This document shows positions 12,451 through 25,794 of a stretch of DNA of 64,000 nucleotides, piece after piece. The notes beneath the pieces were generated by a model. The model had not been told where the DNA came from, made no database searches, and saw only the letters and a program-made list of their open reading frames with translations. Location of the stretch: positions 53,940,001 to 54,004,000 of the forward strand of contig OZ024741.1 of NCBI GenBank assembly GCA_964016885.1, given 5' to 3'. The translations under genes and the position numbers were made by a program. Each line of letters opens with the position of its first letter. The stretch's first letter is position 1. Source of the DNA: Eledone cirrhosa (taxonomy: Eukaryota).

Positions 12451-13391
12451 TTGAGAGCGGTGGAAATCTTTTCCTGAGTCTTTTCCTATATATATATATA
12501 TATAGGAAAAGACTCAGGAAAAGATATATATATATGTTATATATTATATATATATGTTATATATTATATCTATATATATATATATATGTTATATATTATA
12601 TTATATATATATATATATTATATATTATAATATATATATATATATATATTATATTATATATATATATATATATATATGTTATATTATATATATATATATA
12701 CATATATACATATACACACACATATATATATATATGTACATATAGGGGGACAGGCGTGTGTGTCTGTCTGTGTCCGTGTAAGCTATTGAGTGTGTGCGTG
12801 TGTATATGTGTGAGTGTGTGTAAACATTGCAGGTAAATTGATAGACAAATCGATCTTTTACGTTAGAACCGCGCCCTATATTCACTGCTGTTACATCAGC
12901 AACAGTTGTGGTTTCATATATAGGTGTGTATACACATATGTATGTTTAATTATATTATATAGATATATATATATATATGCATATATTTTTTCTGAAGACG
13001 GCATATGTATGTGTTGGTATGTATATTGGATTTGATAGTTTGTATAATTTTGTATAATTTTGTACATAGATCTGTTGAATATGCATGCCAATTCTAACAC
13101 ATATATGTCCTAGAAACGATCGTTAAATAATGAACTTTTTTTGTTTAATATAAGGAACTGTTTCATTGTTTTATTCATTATTTTTTTAATACTTTATATA
13201 TGTATATATATATATATATATAAAAAAAAACAACCATCCGTTTTCATTTACATTTTTTTACAAATGTTCAATATATAAATAAATTAGTAAAAACTAGAGG
13301 AAATTGAATACAACTTTATATTCAGACATGTATTGTATAAGTTACCGCATGGTTATGCGACTATTTAATTAATAAAATATACCCTTTTGAA

Positions 13392-13464
<73 letters not shown>

Positions 13465-13480
13465 ATGGGACGAGTTAGGT

Positions 13481-13634
13481 AGAAGTGGTTACACAACAGT
13501 TAGTTCATCATACTGAGAACAATTGTTTCACCTTAGGGTATCCTCAGCTCGTAATGGACATTACGAGCTGAGGATCCGCTAAGGTGAAACAATTCTTCTA
13601 GGTATGGTGAACTAACTGTTGTGTAACCACTTCT
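13481..13634. ncRNA. Fold-back pair of minimal hammerhead ribozymes (PLE pseudo-LTR)
   Basis: Minus strand 13510-13555 reads TACGAG-CTGAGGA-T-ACC CTAA GGT-GAAA-CAATTG-TT^CTCAGTA. A mutated mirror copy is at 13560-13605. Arms are 76 bp around a GA loop. Confidence 0.8.
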
Positions 13635-14007
13635 TTATATATACATATATACCCTCTCTCCGAGAACTCACTTCCTCCCACGTCCGCCACTGTACGCAGC
13701 CTCTTCTCTCGCTAACATTGCTACAGCTAAGACGTGTCTTTTTTCTCTCTCGTCAAAATTCGCTAGTTCTTACATTCGAAATGAGTTGTTGATTTGATAT
13801 TTTCCTATTTTCCTCTCTTCGTGCCTGTTTGCATGCCCCCCCCCCCCCCATCTTTTATCCCAATAACTTATTTTAGTTATTGCTCGCCCTAGGCTGATGT
13901 ATATTGTCTCTAACTCGAAGAAATACCAATGATTCCTAGTAGAAAACTAACGAGGATACCCCTTTCTTTCGCCCGTAACTTTCATCTTTCATTATATTCA
14001 CTTTGCC

Positions 14008-14600
14008 TTGGGCGGTGGATTGGCAGTATTAGTAGAGGGTCGGACGCCATGCTTTGACGCATAGAATTACGGCGCTTGCCATTCTGAGTTTAAATCCCGC
14101 CGAGGTTAACTTTGCCTTTCATCCTTACGGGGTCGATAAAATAAAGTACCAGTAATGCGCTGGTTAATTGCTGGTCTTGTGCCAAAAGTAGAAACAATTA
14201 TATTTAATTGTGGGCGGTGGATTGGTAGTATCGGTAGAGAGTCGGACGCTATGCTTTGCAGCATAGAGTTACAGCCATTTATAATCTGAGATCAAATCTC
14301 GCCGAGGTTAACTTTGCCTTTCATCCTTACGGGGTCGATAAAATAAAGTACCAGTAATGTGCTGGGTAATTGCTGGTATTGTGCCAAAAGTAGAAACAAT
14401 TATATTTAATTGCGTTGGTGGATTGGCAGTATCGGTAGAGGGTCGGACGCTATGCTTTGACGCATAGAGTTACGGCCGTTGCCATTCTGAGTTCGAATCC
14501 CGCCTAGGTTAACTTTGCCTTTCATCCTTACGGGGTCGATAAAATAAAGTACCAGTAATGCACTGTGTAATTGATGTCTTTGTGCCAAAAAGTAGAAACA
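14008..14600 (+). mobile_element. Three tandem tRNA-SINE family 1 copies
   Basis: Three near-full ~190 bp units. The middle one is flanked by duplicated ATTATATTTAATTG. Confidence 0.9.
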
Positions 14601-14659
14601 AAAATATTTAACTGCAACCACACAGCTTGCCATTTTATTCATATATATATATATATATA

Positions 14660-14820
14660 TATAGTAATAATAATAAATGTGAAGACTAAAATCCAAAGAG
14701 CGGTCGATAAGGATAAATATATATATCAAATATATAACCCTAGAGAAAATATTTATTAAAATAACAGATTAAAGTTTAAGCAAAGAATCGCTGATTTCAC
14801 CCTTAACGGGATCTTCTGAA
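14660..14820 (-). mobile_element. PLE-like pseudo-LTR fragment, family C
   Basis: The minus strand starts TTCAGAAGATCCCGTTAAGGGTGAAA and ends in (TA)n. Confidence 0.65.
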
Positions 14821-15081
14821 GCTCATCCTTCCCCTAAATACAGCAAAATCCTTCAAAAATAAGAAAACAAATAGACGAAGAATGATATTCGGCGGTATTT
14901 GAACCCCGTAAACTAGAACATATACCAAACCATTTTTAATCAGACGCCCTAAAGACTCCTCAAATTCACTGCGTTACGTACCTGCATGCGTACACATATA
15001 TGTATATATGTATGTTTGTATCTGTCTAATAATGTTTCTATCCTTCTACCTCTTCCTCTCCCTTTCTTTCTCTATATATGC

Positions 15082-15151
<70 letters not shown>

Positions 15152-15154
15152 ATA

Positions 15155-15210
<56 letters not shown>

Positions 15211-15321
15211 CGTGTGCGTGTATGTATGAAAAGTTCCATCGTATATTCTTGCTAAAGACATATACCCTTTATAATAGGGCGTATAAACCACCTTAACAGA
15301 AAAATGGATGTTAGCGCCTGC

Positions 15322-15389
<68 letters not shown>

Positions 15390-16229
15390 ATATACAAGGA
15401 AAGAGTCAGAATAAGATAGATATAAAATGTGAGAGAGAGAGACGCCTATAGACTTTCATATAGAATCAAACGTGAAAACGAATATTGCTTGTACGCTTGT
15501 GAGTTCCTGTAAAACGAATTAACTATGAGTTTGCCATTTTGAATTGCTTGCTAATCACGTGTATTTCTATCTATGGTCGCGAAAATCGGATTTAACCTTA
15601 ACACATCGGCCATTTTATTATGCATATTGAACACCTCTTTCGCAAATTGTAGCTGTGTGTACAAACCTGCATGGATAGTTGATGTGTATGTCGATATTTG
15701 CAATTGATATTACAAATTATATGAGAAAGCAGCTGGTATGTATCGTCAATGTACCTCTGTTGTATGTGTGCGTCATTTATGAATATTACAAATCTCTTTA
15801 TAAATCTCTCCTTTCCTTTCAATCTTTATCTCTCTATCTTTCTCTCCCTCCATCACTCTCTCTTTCCTTTCCTTTCAATATTTATCTCTCTATCTTTCTC
15901 TCCCGCCACCACTCTCTCTTTACTTTCCTCTTCGCTATTTTTATTCCATATTTGGTATTGTTATGAACAGTGGGTAGCCACATATGTATATATTGATGTA
16001 TGTATGTATCTACATATGTATGTTTTAATGTATATATTAATGTATGTATGTATGTGTGTGTGTATAGATATATGCATGTAACTATTTATTTTTTCATGGA
16101 TGTTGAATATATGTACTATGCCTGTGTGTATGTATGTAGGAATGTTTATGTGCCTGTTTGTAAGTGTGCATGTTTCTATGTATGTTTGCTTGTTTGCATG
16201 TAAGTAAAACAATATGATAAAAATATACC

Positions 16230-16560
16230 ACACCTTTGACACGCGATGCTTGAGATCGATAGCATGAGTCTCTCAGAAACAAAAGAAAAATCAATTACGT
16301 AGTAAGATATGATGGAAGGCAACATTAGTATTATCAAAGTCATCCAGAAGCACCGATCCCAATGGTTTGGTCTTGTCATTCACCAACCAAAGCTATATAT
16401 GATCTAGCGAATATTGTAGGGAGATATCCGCAGGCCGAGGAAAAAAGATAATCCAACGATGAAATGGAAAGACAATATATGGGTTGTGTTCAAATACGAC
16501 TTTTGAAGTATAACACAACTGCACAGAATGGAAATATTAGAGGCAACACTTGCATACTAT
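16230..16560 (+). mobile_element. Decayed RTE-clade LINE 3' fragment
   Basis: Fragmentary translation FDTRCLRSIA...SIIKVIQKHRSQWFGLV...MKWKDNI resembles the RTE C-terminal LRWFGHV...RP...W motif. Confidence 0.55.
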
Positions 16561-16645
16561 ACTATAGGATATGGAAAAAACTATTATGATCGTTATGTAT
16601 ATATGTATGTTTTCGTAAACAGACAAAAAAAACACACACATGCAC

Positions 16646-16705
<60 letters not shown>

Positions 16706-18874
16706 GTGTGTATATATATATAGAGAGAGAGATGAAGAGGAAGAGAGGGACAGAGAGGGGGAATGTGAGAGGGAGAAAAGGATTATATACATATATAAGA
16801 GAGATACACACACACATAAACACCAATCGCGAACCGAAGAACCTTTTACACGAACCGCCCTAAACAAGAAGCCACGTGCCTTCTTTTTACAAAAGTACTT
16901 AAATATATATATTTATATTGTCTTCCATTGTTCGTAACCAAAATACATGTACACATTTGGTCGTGGGTGCCTTGGTTTAAGCTAATACGAACACATGCAC
17001 ACATACACACACATAAACAAATGTAGAGCCTCGGCACAGACGTCCTTTCTAAAAGAAACAACAGTAAGATTTCTCTGATATCACCAGCAAACTATCTTAT
17101 ATAGGAAGAATGCCTTAAATACATCACCAGCATTAGCGTGCAGCAGTAGCAAACAACTACAGTCCTTTTTGACCCATCGCACCTTTCATACACAATGAAC
17201 TCTCAGAACTCGAGCCAGCTGACCTCAAACGTGTTGATGGCAAGTATCCAGGCGGGATAGCTCTATTTATATTCGTTCTCCGCTACAAACCTTATTGCTT
17301 CGGCCGCAAACACAGTCACCGTTACTTGCAATGAGGATAGCCAAATACTTTGGTTTGACAGACCGCTTCCTTTTCACGCCAGTTGATGTCTAGACCACAA
17401 GTGACTTCGAACTGCAGCTTCCTTCCGCTTCATCGCGATGACTGGGGAAGGAACCCTGTGAGTCGGGATGGCTGTTACAGTGGGTGTTGTTGGCCATTCT
17501 CCGCGACAATGCCTTCACCATGTTGTCCATGGGGCCCGGCTGAAACAGACCATCCAGACTGGTGTGTTGAGTTGCATCTCCACACCCTCCCTTTTTTTTC
17601 GTTGCTTTATTTCTTTTTCCTTTCCTTATTACTGTACAGTTTATATGAATAAACACCGTAGTTTTCTATTTGTTACCTGTTAAATATTCATCAGTGTTGG
17701 TCCCCTGATCGAGAATTGAAAACAAGACCTAGGGACCTGGACAACGAATATCACAAGATATTCTCTCTGACGTTCAAAGGATTCTGTAAATTTGTTGGCA
17801 TAAAATACGTGATTTTAGTAGAAATGTTTCTTTTTGTTTACGTTATTTTGTCATTTTTGTTTTGTTTGATTTTCCTCATAATAGGCCTTTGGATTAGCAC
17901 TGGCCTTAGGCTAAGAAATAAATAACATAAACAACACAACAACAGTAACAATTACTATTACTACTACCACTATCACCACCACCACTACCACCAGTATTAC
18001 TACTACTACAACTACTAATACTACTTCTACTACTATAACTACTACCAGCACCACTATCACCACCCCTACCACCATTATACCACTACTACTACGACGACGT
18101 TGACGACTACCGGTAGTAGTAGTAGTAGTAGTAGTAGTAGTACCCGACCTGTTAAAATGAAATCTAAACCTCACCAAAACCACACAAAAAGGGACACAAG
18201 ATAATCTACTCCTAAATATGTTACTTCTATTTAAAATAATAAAAAAACGAGAGGTCCTGGCTGGAACGGACTTGATCATACATCCATGTGATCAGGACTG
18301 CCCAGTTGTTAAACGACAATTATACTAACAATGGTATAGAGACACATACCGGAAGCACTCCAATTTACACATACACGCATACACCTATGTACCTACACAC
18401 ACATATTAACAACCACTTACATACACCAAGAAAGACACAAATGTAATAAAAAACATAGTACACTCATGTTCTCTAATACACACACACTCACACACACACA
18501 CAGACACACACACACACACACACACACATGCTCACGCATACTAAGACATATACAATGATGTACAGTAACCAACACAGAAACCGAAAGGCACACACATATG
18601 CCCTCGTGCCCTACACACAAACATATACATATTTTCCATAGTTCCTTGTTTCTTCATTTTTGCAATAAACACTTATACGAATGTGACTGTATGTGAGTGT
18701 GTGTGCGTGTGTGTGTGTATGTGTGCATCTGTGTGTGTGTGTGGATGTGTGTGTGTCTATGTCTTTCTTAAATGAAAGTCTCCAAATATGTATACACACT
18801 CAAACCTCAAACACACACACCACATATACACACACACACTCACATACAATCACACACATATATATATATATATG

Positions 18875-18973
<99 letters not shown>

Positions 18974-19689
18974 CGCGTGAACCTAATATGACTGTGTACA
19001 AATGCCTCCTCTGTTTTGTTAGTTCATTTTCAACTATATATATGTGTGTGTGTGTGTGTGTGCACATGTATATATATATGCGCGCGTGTGTGTGTCTGAG
19101 TGTGTGTGTGTATAAAGATGTATAAGAACATAGATAGACATAGATTTATGTTTATAAATAGATGTTTCAATATGTTTTTGAGCTGGCTAATGTTTGTGCG
19201 CATGGGGAAATATGTGTGTGTGTGTGCGTGTGTTTGCAGTGTGTATGTGTGTGTGTATACGTATATCTGTCTGTGTGTGTAAAATATGTGCATAATTAAT
19301 GTACGCATACGGCGCTGGATTGGCAGTATCGGTAGGGCGTCGTACAACATGTTTTGTGGCATGTAGTTTATAATTGACTATGCTACTCCAGTAACAAAAC
19401 TTACAACGGAAACAGCCTCCGAAAATCTGTTCTTATATAATACTTTATAACTGTTGACTGTAGGAGAGAGAAGAGAGAGAGACAGAGAGAGAGAGGGGGT
19501 AGATATAATGGAGAACTCTATTCTGATAGAGCGGATAAATATTAAATCCTAAAACAATTCTACATTTATATGTCGTAAGAAGGGCATTTGAACTGAGGGT
19601 TATCAAGTGTAAAATATAACAAAAACAAAACAAACAACAACGAAACAAATTATCATAAACAATATAATAAACCTACTTTGATTACGACG

Positions 19690-20000
19690 ATGTTCTATTA
19701 ACGGAACAGCCAATTCATGAAATTAACGTGTATACTGTGTATTCCACAAATACGTGCCCTTAAGGATATCCTTAAGATATCCCTTAGGGATATTCAACGT
19801 GGCACGGTGTGGGGCAGGACGGACCCTTTGGATTACTGATATATTTCATTCGACTAATTCCGAACAATTTCTATCTACCCAGTATCCCTTATAAGGCATG
19901 AATCGACTCGTGGTTATGGTAAATGACACTTTCCCATGTGGCCACGCAACAGAATTGAACCCGGAATATATTGATAGCAAATCGAAAGTTTTAACTATTT
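19690..20000 (-). mobile_element. Old tRNA-SINE family 2 remnant
   Basis: Similar to 21640-21890, 37408-37650 and 48044-48378. Confidence 0.5.
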
Positions 20001-20039
20001 GGTGATGCTTCGTCAACAAATGATGAGGTGACACTTATA

Positions 20040-20266
20040 GTATTTACGGTGGATGGGGATGAAATAAAACACGTAAACAACAGACCTCTAAAAACCCAAA
20101 CGGGGAGTACCATGAAAAGAAGTGCCCCAAAACGAGAAGAAATGAGGAAAATGGGGAGATTTTACATAATGAAAGCTATACCCATTTTCACAAGAGAAGA
20201 CATCTTTCACCCACCGCAAATTGGGTGGGAGATCTCCCCGTCGGACGGGGAGTGTTAACAGGTTTG
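20040..20266 (-). mobile_element. DNA transposon end, same family as 12111-12210
   Basis: TAATGAAAGCTATACCCATTTTCACAAGAG is the exact reverse complement of 12181-12210, and the CTCCCCGTC-G-GACGGGGAG palindrome is present. Confidence 0.5.
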
Positions 20267-20364
20267 AAACAACTACATATACCTAGGTGGAAGAATACGT
20301 GTGAAGGAAAAAAGATTGATAGAAATAGGTTAAAATGAGATTAATGTTAGACTACGTGATGCAT

Positions 20365-20762
20365 TAGCAGAATTGGTAGAGCGTTGGATAAAATTCCATT
20401 GCAGTATGTGTTCTGCTTTATTACATTCTGGTTTCAGATCCTGGTGAGGTTAACTTCCTGGGACAATAAGATAAAGTATTATTTAAGTAATTGGCGGTGG
20501 ATTGGCAGTAACGGTAGAGGGTTGGACGCCATGCTTTGACGCATAGAGTTACGGCCCTTGCCATTCTGAGTTCAAATCCCGCCGAGGTTAACTGTCCCTT
20601 TCATCCTTACGGGGTCGATAAAATAAAGTACCAGTAATGCACTGTGTAATTGCTGGCCTTGTGCCAAAATTAGAAACAATTATTTAAGTAATAGTTTGAT
20701 TTAATTAACTTTCCCCTTCCCCCATTTTTGCTGGACTGGGCTTGTGCCAATATTAGAAATTA
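20365..20762 (+). mobile_element. Young SINE (20492-20683) nested in an older SINE of family 1
   Basis: The TSD ATTATTTAAGTAAT is at 20478 and 20679. The older SINE's head lies before it and its tail after. Confidence 0.8.
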
Positions 20763-21639
20763 TGAAACTATGGCATGTAGTCTGACTCAAATGAAAAATC
20801 TTGAGCCATAATACCAGCCGTCATTTGCACAGGCCCTGACAGCAGAAATAGTGAAAAGTCTGTCATTGTCAGAATCCCAACGCAAAAATGAAATGAAAAG
20901 CTCAATGCTCGCCAAAATATTTGATAATGTATCGTTTGTTGCTATCGTCGATGAGCATTCGATTAGTCAGTCACCTGTACGCAATACTAGTTATATTAAC
21001 GTATACTTTGCTGACTATTACAAGCCCACGTCTACCATTAATGTCATACTAGTTATATTAACTAGTTATATTAACGTATACTTTGCTGAAAAAACCACGT
21101 GTGCCAGTAATATAATCCTCAGACATAACCATTGTGATAACATTAACAATATGTGACAAGGTTGGACGCTTGAATTGCAAATAAAATCCATCCAAAAGGT
21201 GGTTCTTCTCCAAAGTTTCAGTCTAAAAATCACTTGCCCAGCATGCCAGGCAGTGAGATTGAACCTGGAATCTAATGATTGCGAACAAAACTCTTAAAAC
21301 TTCTGCGTCCACAGATGGAGGCGTACGAGATAGATACAAAAATGGCATATTGAGAAGGACAACTATCTTTTTAAAGATGGTTGTATGATAGTTCAACCAT
21401 GGCAAGGCAGCATCTTTAACTTTAAAAGTATACGAAAAACAAAATCAGAAAAACACAGACACACACACACGCACACACACACACACACAGACACATACAT
21501 GCGCAGACAAACGCATATACACACACACAAACACACTCGAGGTAGTACCTTCAATTGGGATACGGAAAGTGTAAATAAATACTGTAATGCCATAGAGATG
21601 GTATGGTGATACAGCCACATGTTTCTGTCATTGATCGAT

Positions 21640-21890
21640 GATGGAATCCCCAGTTGATTCAATCTACGGATAACATGCAAGGGGATAAGTATTCCATAGT
21701 CACATGCAATTGAATGTAATTCTCAGGGAGACTCAGCGTGAGAGAAGGTCTGACAAGGCGAATATCTTGAATAACAGATACAACTCAATTTTACCGGCTG
21801 AATAAACTGAAGAAACTTGAAATAGGGTGTCTTATTCAAGGAACCACGATGACATGAGGACTCGAACTCACGATTATACGATAGTGATCC
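21640..21890 (-). mobile_element. Old tRNA-SINE family 2 remnant
   Basis: Contains GACTCGAACTCAC (B-box on the minus strand) and a GTGTCTTATTCAAGGA core. A related head is at 22325-22442. Confidence 0.55.
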
Positions 21891-22006
21891 AAGCGCATTC
21901 ATCCGGCATGCACCTTCACCAGGGACAATACAGTACCAAGAAAGATATGCGACGGAAAAATATGCTGAGCGTTTTCATCCAGCTGTGGATCGACAGCAGC
22001 GCAGAC

Positions 22007-22049
<43 letters not shown>

Positions 22050-22443
22050 TATAGAGATATGCACACAAGCACAAACTCCCGTACACACACACACATATAT
22101 ATATATGTATATATATACGTATATATGTATATATATATATACGTATATATGTATATACATACATAAATATATACATACACACATGTATATATATATATGT
22201 ACATGTGTGTCTATATATATATATTCTTTTTATCGATCGACTTTCGTCAAATCGGACCGAGGAAACAATGTTTTCGTCGGTCTTTCCAGTTGCTAATACT
22301 ATCTATCGGTCGCAACTTGAAAGGTAGAAGGAGCAACGTGAAATAAAGTGTCTTGCTCAAGGACATAACGCATCACCTGGTCCAGGAATCGAACTCACAA
22401 TCTCAAGATTGTGAATCCAATTCTCTAACCACTCAGCCACACG

Positions 22444-22527
<84 letters not shown>

Positions 22528-22721
22528 CTAGAAATAACATGTATATATATATGTGTGTTTATGTATATATGCACACGTGTGTGTGTATTGCATGTGTGTG
22601 CGTGCCCGTGTGAGTGTGAGTGTGTGTGTGTGTGCCCGTGTGAGTGTCAGTGTGTGTATGTGAGTGTTGTGTCAGTGTGCGTGTGTGTGCGTATCTGTGT
22701 GTGTGTGTGTGTGTGTGCGTA

Positions 22722-22759
<38 letters not shown>

Positions 22760-22966
22760 TGTGTGTGTGAATTTTTGTGCGTATCTGTGTGTGTGCGTGT
22801 GTGTCAGTGTGTGTATGTGTCTGTATGTGTGTGTGTGCGTATATGTGTGTGTATGTGTGTGTGTGTGTGTGTGTGCGCGCGAATCTGTCTTTGTGTGTGT
22901 TTGTGTGCGTATCTGTGTGTGTGTGTGTGTATCTGTGTGTTTGTGTGTATGTGTGTGCGTGTGTGC

Positions 22967-23004
<38 letters not shown>

Positions 23005-23404
23005 AATAAGCTAGACTAAAAATCATGGATTTATCACAAAGAGAATACTCCGGAGGCATAGTTTCGGCCCGTATCCGGCCGATGTTAATTATTGAAATAG
23101 GGGATCTGAAAATACACTAACTAGAATAATCAGAGTTAATTGAACACTCTGTACTACATGTGGTACAGTACGTGTGTCTAGCCGACACAACCTCCCCTTA
23201 GGTCTTTTCATATTTCATAATCAGCATAACTACATTTACACACACACACACGCGCGCGCGCCCGCGCGCATCCTATCTCGCCCTCCCTCTCCTTTCCTTC
23301 TCTCTTTCTCTCTTTCTACCTGTCTCTCTATCACTCTCTCTCTCTCTCTTTCACATTCCCTTTCTGCCTCGCCCTTTCTCTCTCTCCCTCTCTCCCTCTT
23401 CCTC

Positions 23405-23473
<69 letters not shown>

Positions 23474-23495
23474 CTTTCCCTTTCTCTCTCTCTCT

Positions 23496-23571
<76 letters not shown>

Positions 23572-24059
23572 CCCCTCTCTCTCTCTCTTGTCTGGTGCTT
23601 AAGTGATTGCTCCCGTTCATCATGTGATGTGACAGTAAGAACAACATTGCAGTTTAATCCAATAACGCATTTATGTCCGCTAAATTTGCCGCTGGAATCT
23701 GTTGGGTCGTTTTAGCATAATGGTTCTGCCTGGTATACAGCAGGAGCGTGGTTCGCTTATTCTACAAGGTACTATCACATTTTTTCTGTCATATTTAACT
23801 TGTATATAAAAGTATCGATTACCATAAATATATATGTATATATGATGATTTCTCCCGAATGAAACAGTTCTAGTCCTGTAGAAGCCTTTTCTATATTAAA
23901 TATTTATACTCTGCTTTGTATTGAGAATCTTATTTACTGTGGTTAACCCCGATTGAACCCGGGATAATGTTATATATATGTATATATATATATATAACTG
24001 TTTCTACTTTAGGCACAAGGCCAGCAATTACCCAGTGCATTACTGGTACTTTATTTTAT

Positions 24060-24314
24060 CGTTATGGTCCACCTGGTTCCTTACCACATTTCCTTCGTTA
24101 TATATATATATATAACGAAGGAAATGTGGTAAGGAACCAGGTGGACCATAACGCACCAAAGTACTCAATACTTAGGGTAGTAGAGTGGGTAATAGGAACG
24201 AGTAGGACCCCGACGGCTGAGCTCAAGCCGTTTCGACGGCTAATTCTGGACTAGAATTCGTCCAGAATTAGCCGTCGAAACGGCTTGAGTTCAGCCGTCG
24301 GGGTCCTACTCGTT

Positions 24315-24318
<4 letters not shown>
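24060..24318. mobile_element. Family D pseudo-LTR, double fold-back
   Basis: The 3' end is mirrored across (TA)n at 24060-24152. A second inversion is centred on CTGGACTAGAATTCGTCCAG at ~24255. Confidence 0.75.
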
Positions 24319-24357
<39 letters not shown>

Positions 24358-24459
24358 AAGATAATAAATCTGAAGACTAAAATCCAAAAGGGGCTCAATA
24401 AGTATCCCGTTAAGGGTGAAAGCAGCGATTCTTTGCTTAAACTTTAATCTGTTATTTTA

Positions 24460-24505
<46 letters not shown>

Positions 24506-24597
24506 TAGGTTATATTGGAGTTTATCAATAGACATCCTGGTGGTGATTATAGAAGCTCGATGCTAATCAGTATCCTTATATAAATATATATATATAT

Positions 24598-24932
24598 ATA
24601 CAATATTAATAAATGGAAACTATATTTATAAAACCATATTTATTTCATTATATATATTTCAAGGATACCAAGTTAAATCATGGTATGCCTTCATCAGACA
24701 AAATACAATATATAACAGTTTTACAAATAGATATTGACGTACCCTATCCGGATGGCCTCCAAAAACAACGGTCACCTTTTTGAAAGGGTACGTCAATATC
24801 TATTTGTAAAACTGTTATATATTGTATTTTGTCTGATGAAGGCATACCATGATTTAACTTGGTATGCTTGAAATATATATAATGAAATAAATATGGTTTT
24901 ATAAATATAGTTTCCATTTATTAATATTGTAT
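24598..24932. mobile_element. Inverted pseudo-LTR pair, each arm carrying a hammerhead
   Basis: Arms are 24598-24746 and 24785-24932, with a ~38 bp spacer. Confidence 0.8.
24826..24888 (+). ncRNA. Type I hammerhead ribozyme
   Basis: ATTTTGT-CTGATGA-AGGCATACCA TGATTTAACT TGGTATGCTT-GAAA-TATATA-TA^ATGAAAT. The mirror copy is at 24642-24704 (-). Confidence 0.78.
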
Positions 24933-24974
24933 ATCTACTCCAAATATTTGTCGAGTGCTTTATATCAGTTATAA

Positions 24975-25162
24975 TAATTGTTTCTACTTTAGGCACAAGG
25001 CCAGCAATTACCCAATGCATTACTGGTACTTTGTTTTATCGACCCCGTAAGGATGAAAGGCAAAGTCAACCTCGGCGGGATTTGAACTCAGATCGTAAAG
25101 GGACGTAAGTATGCTGGAAAGTATGGCGTCCGACCCTCTACTGATACTGCCAATCCACGCCC
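24975..25162 (-). mobile_element. Full-length tRNA-SINE family 1 with TSD
   Basis: The TSD TTATATCAGTTATAATAAT is at 24960 and 25163. Confidence 0.9.
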
Positions 25163-25222
25163 TTATATCAGTTATAATAATATTTGCTTGTTGTATCCCA
25201 ACAATTTAAATAGAACTTTTGC

Positions 25223-25255
<33 letters not shown>

Positions 25256-25794
25256 TCCGAATATTTTCAAATTACCCACTCTACTACACAAAGAATCGAG
25301 TAATCTTGTGGGCTATGATCTAGCTGGTTTTTACCACACCCTATCGGATTTATATATATATTGAATAAAGTGATAGTAAGCCGGAAAGTTGAAATTCATA
25401 TACACGAGTGTCTCTCCATTGTCCTGGCCAGAAAATCTCCTATCGCATAGAGTGCCCTTCTGTCAACAAGTAGATGGGGTGGGGGCATCTTTTTACCCGT
25501 ATGATATGAACAGACGAGAAAACTAGTAAATATATATTATGGATAAGTTGTGAATTTCATTACTCTAGAGTTTAACCTGTCGGCTCACAGGACAATTAGA
25601 CAAGACTTAACCATACAGATTACTGTTCGTCTTGTTAATTAATGAAGAGATCTAATTGGACGCAAAGTTACCTGTTGCATTTAAAGGATAAAGCTACTCC
25701 CACATTAAATTGTCTCAAAATATTTCAAAATGTCAACATATTTCAAAATTTCAACAATTAAAATTAAAATTAAAACAGATAATGTAAGAGGATA

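Noticed and set aside
17230-17755. Solo LTR (AATAAA, ends ...ATATCACA)
   Set aside because: No matching TG start or TSD could be found.
23838-23875. Hammerhead at ATGATGA-TTTC TCCC GAAT-GAAA-CAGTTC
   Set aside because: C3 is missing, stem I is unconvincing and there is only one copy. Similar weak matches at ~6390 and ~51210 were also dropped.
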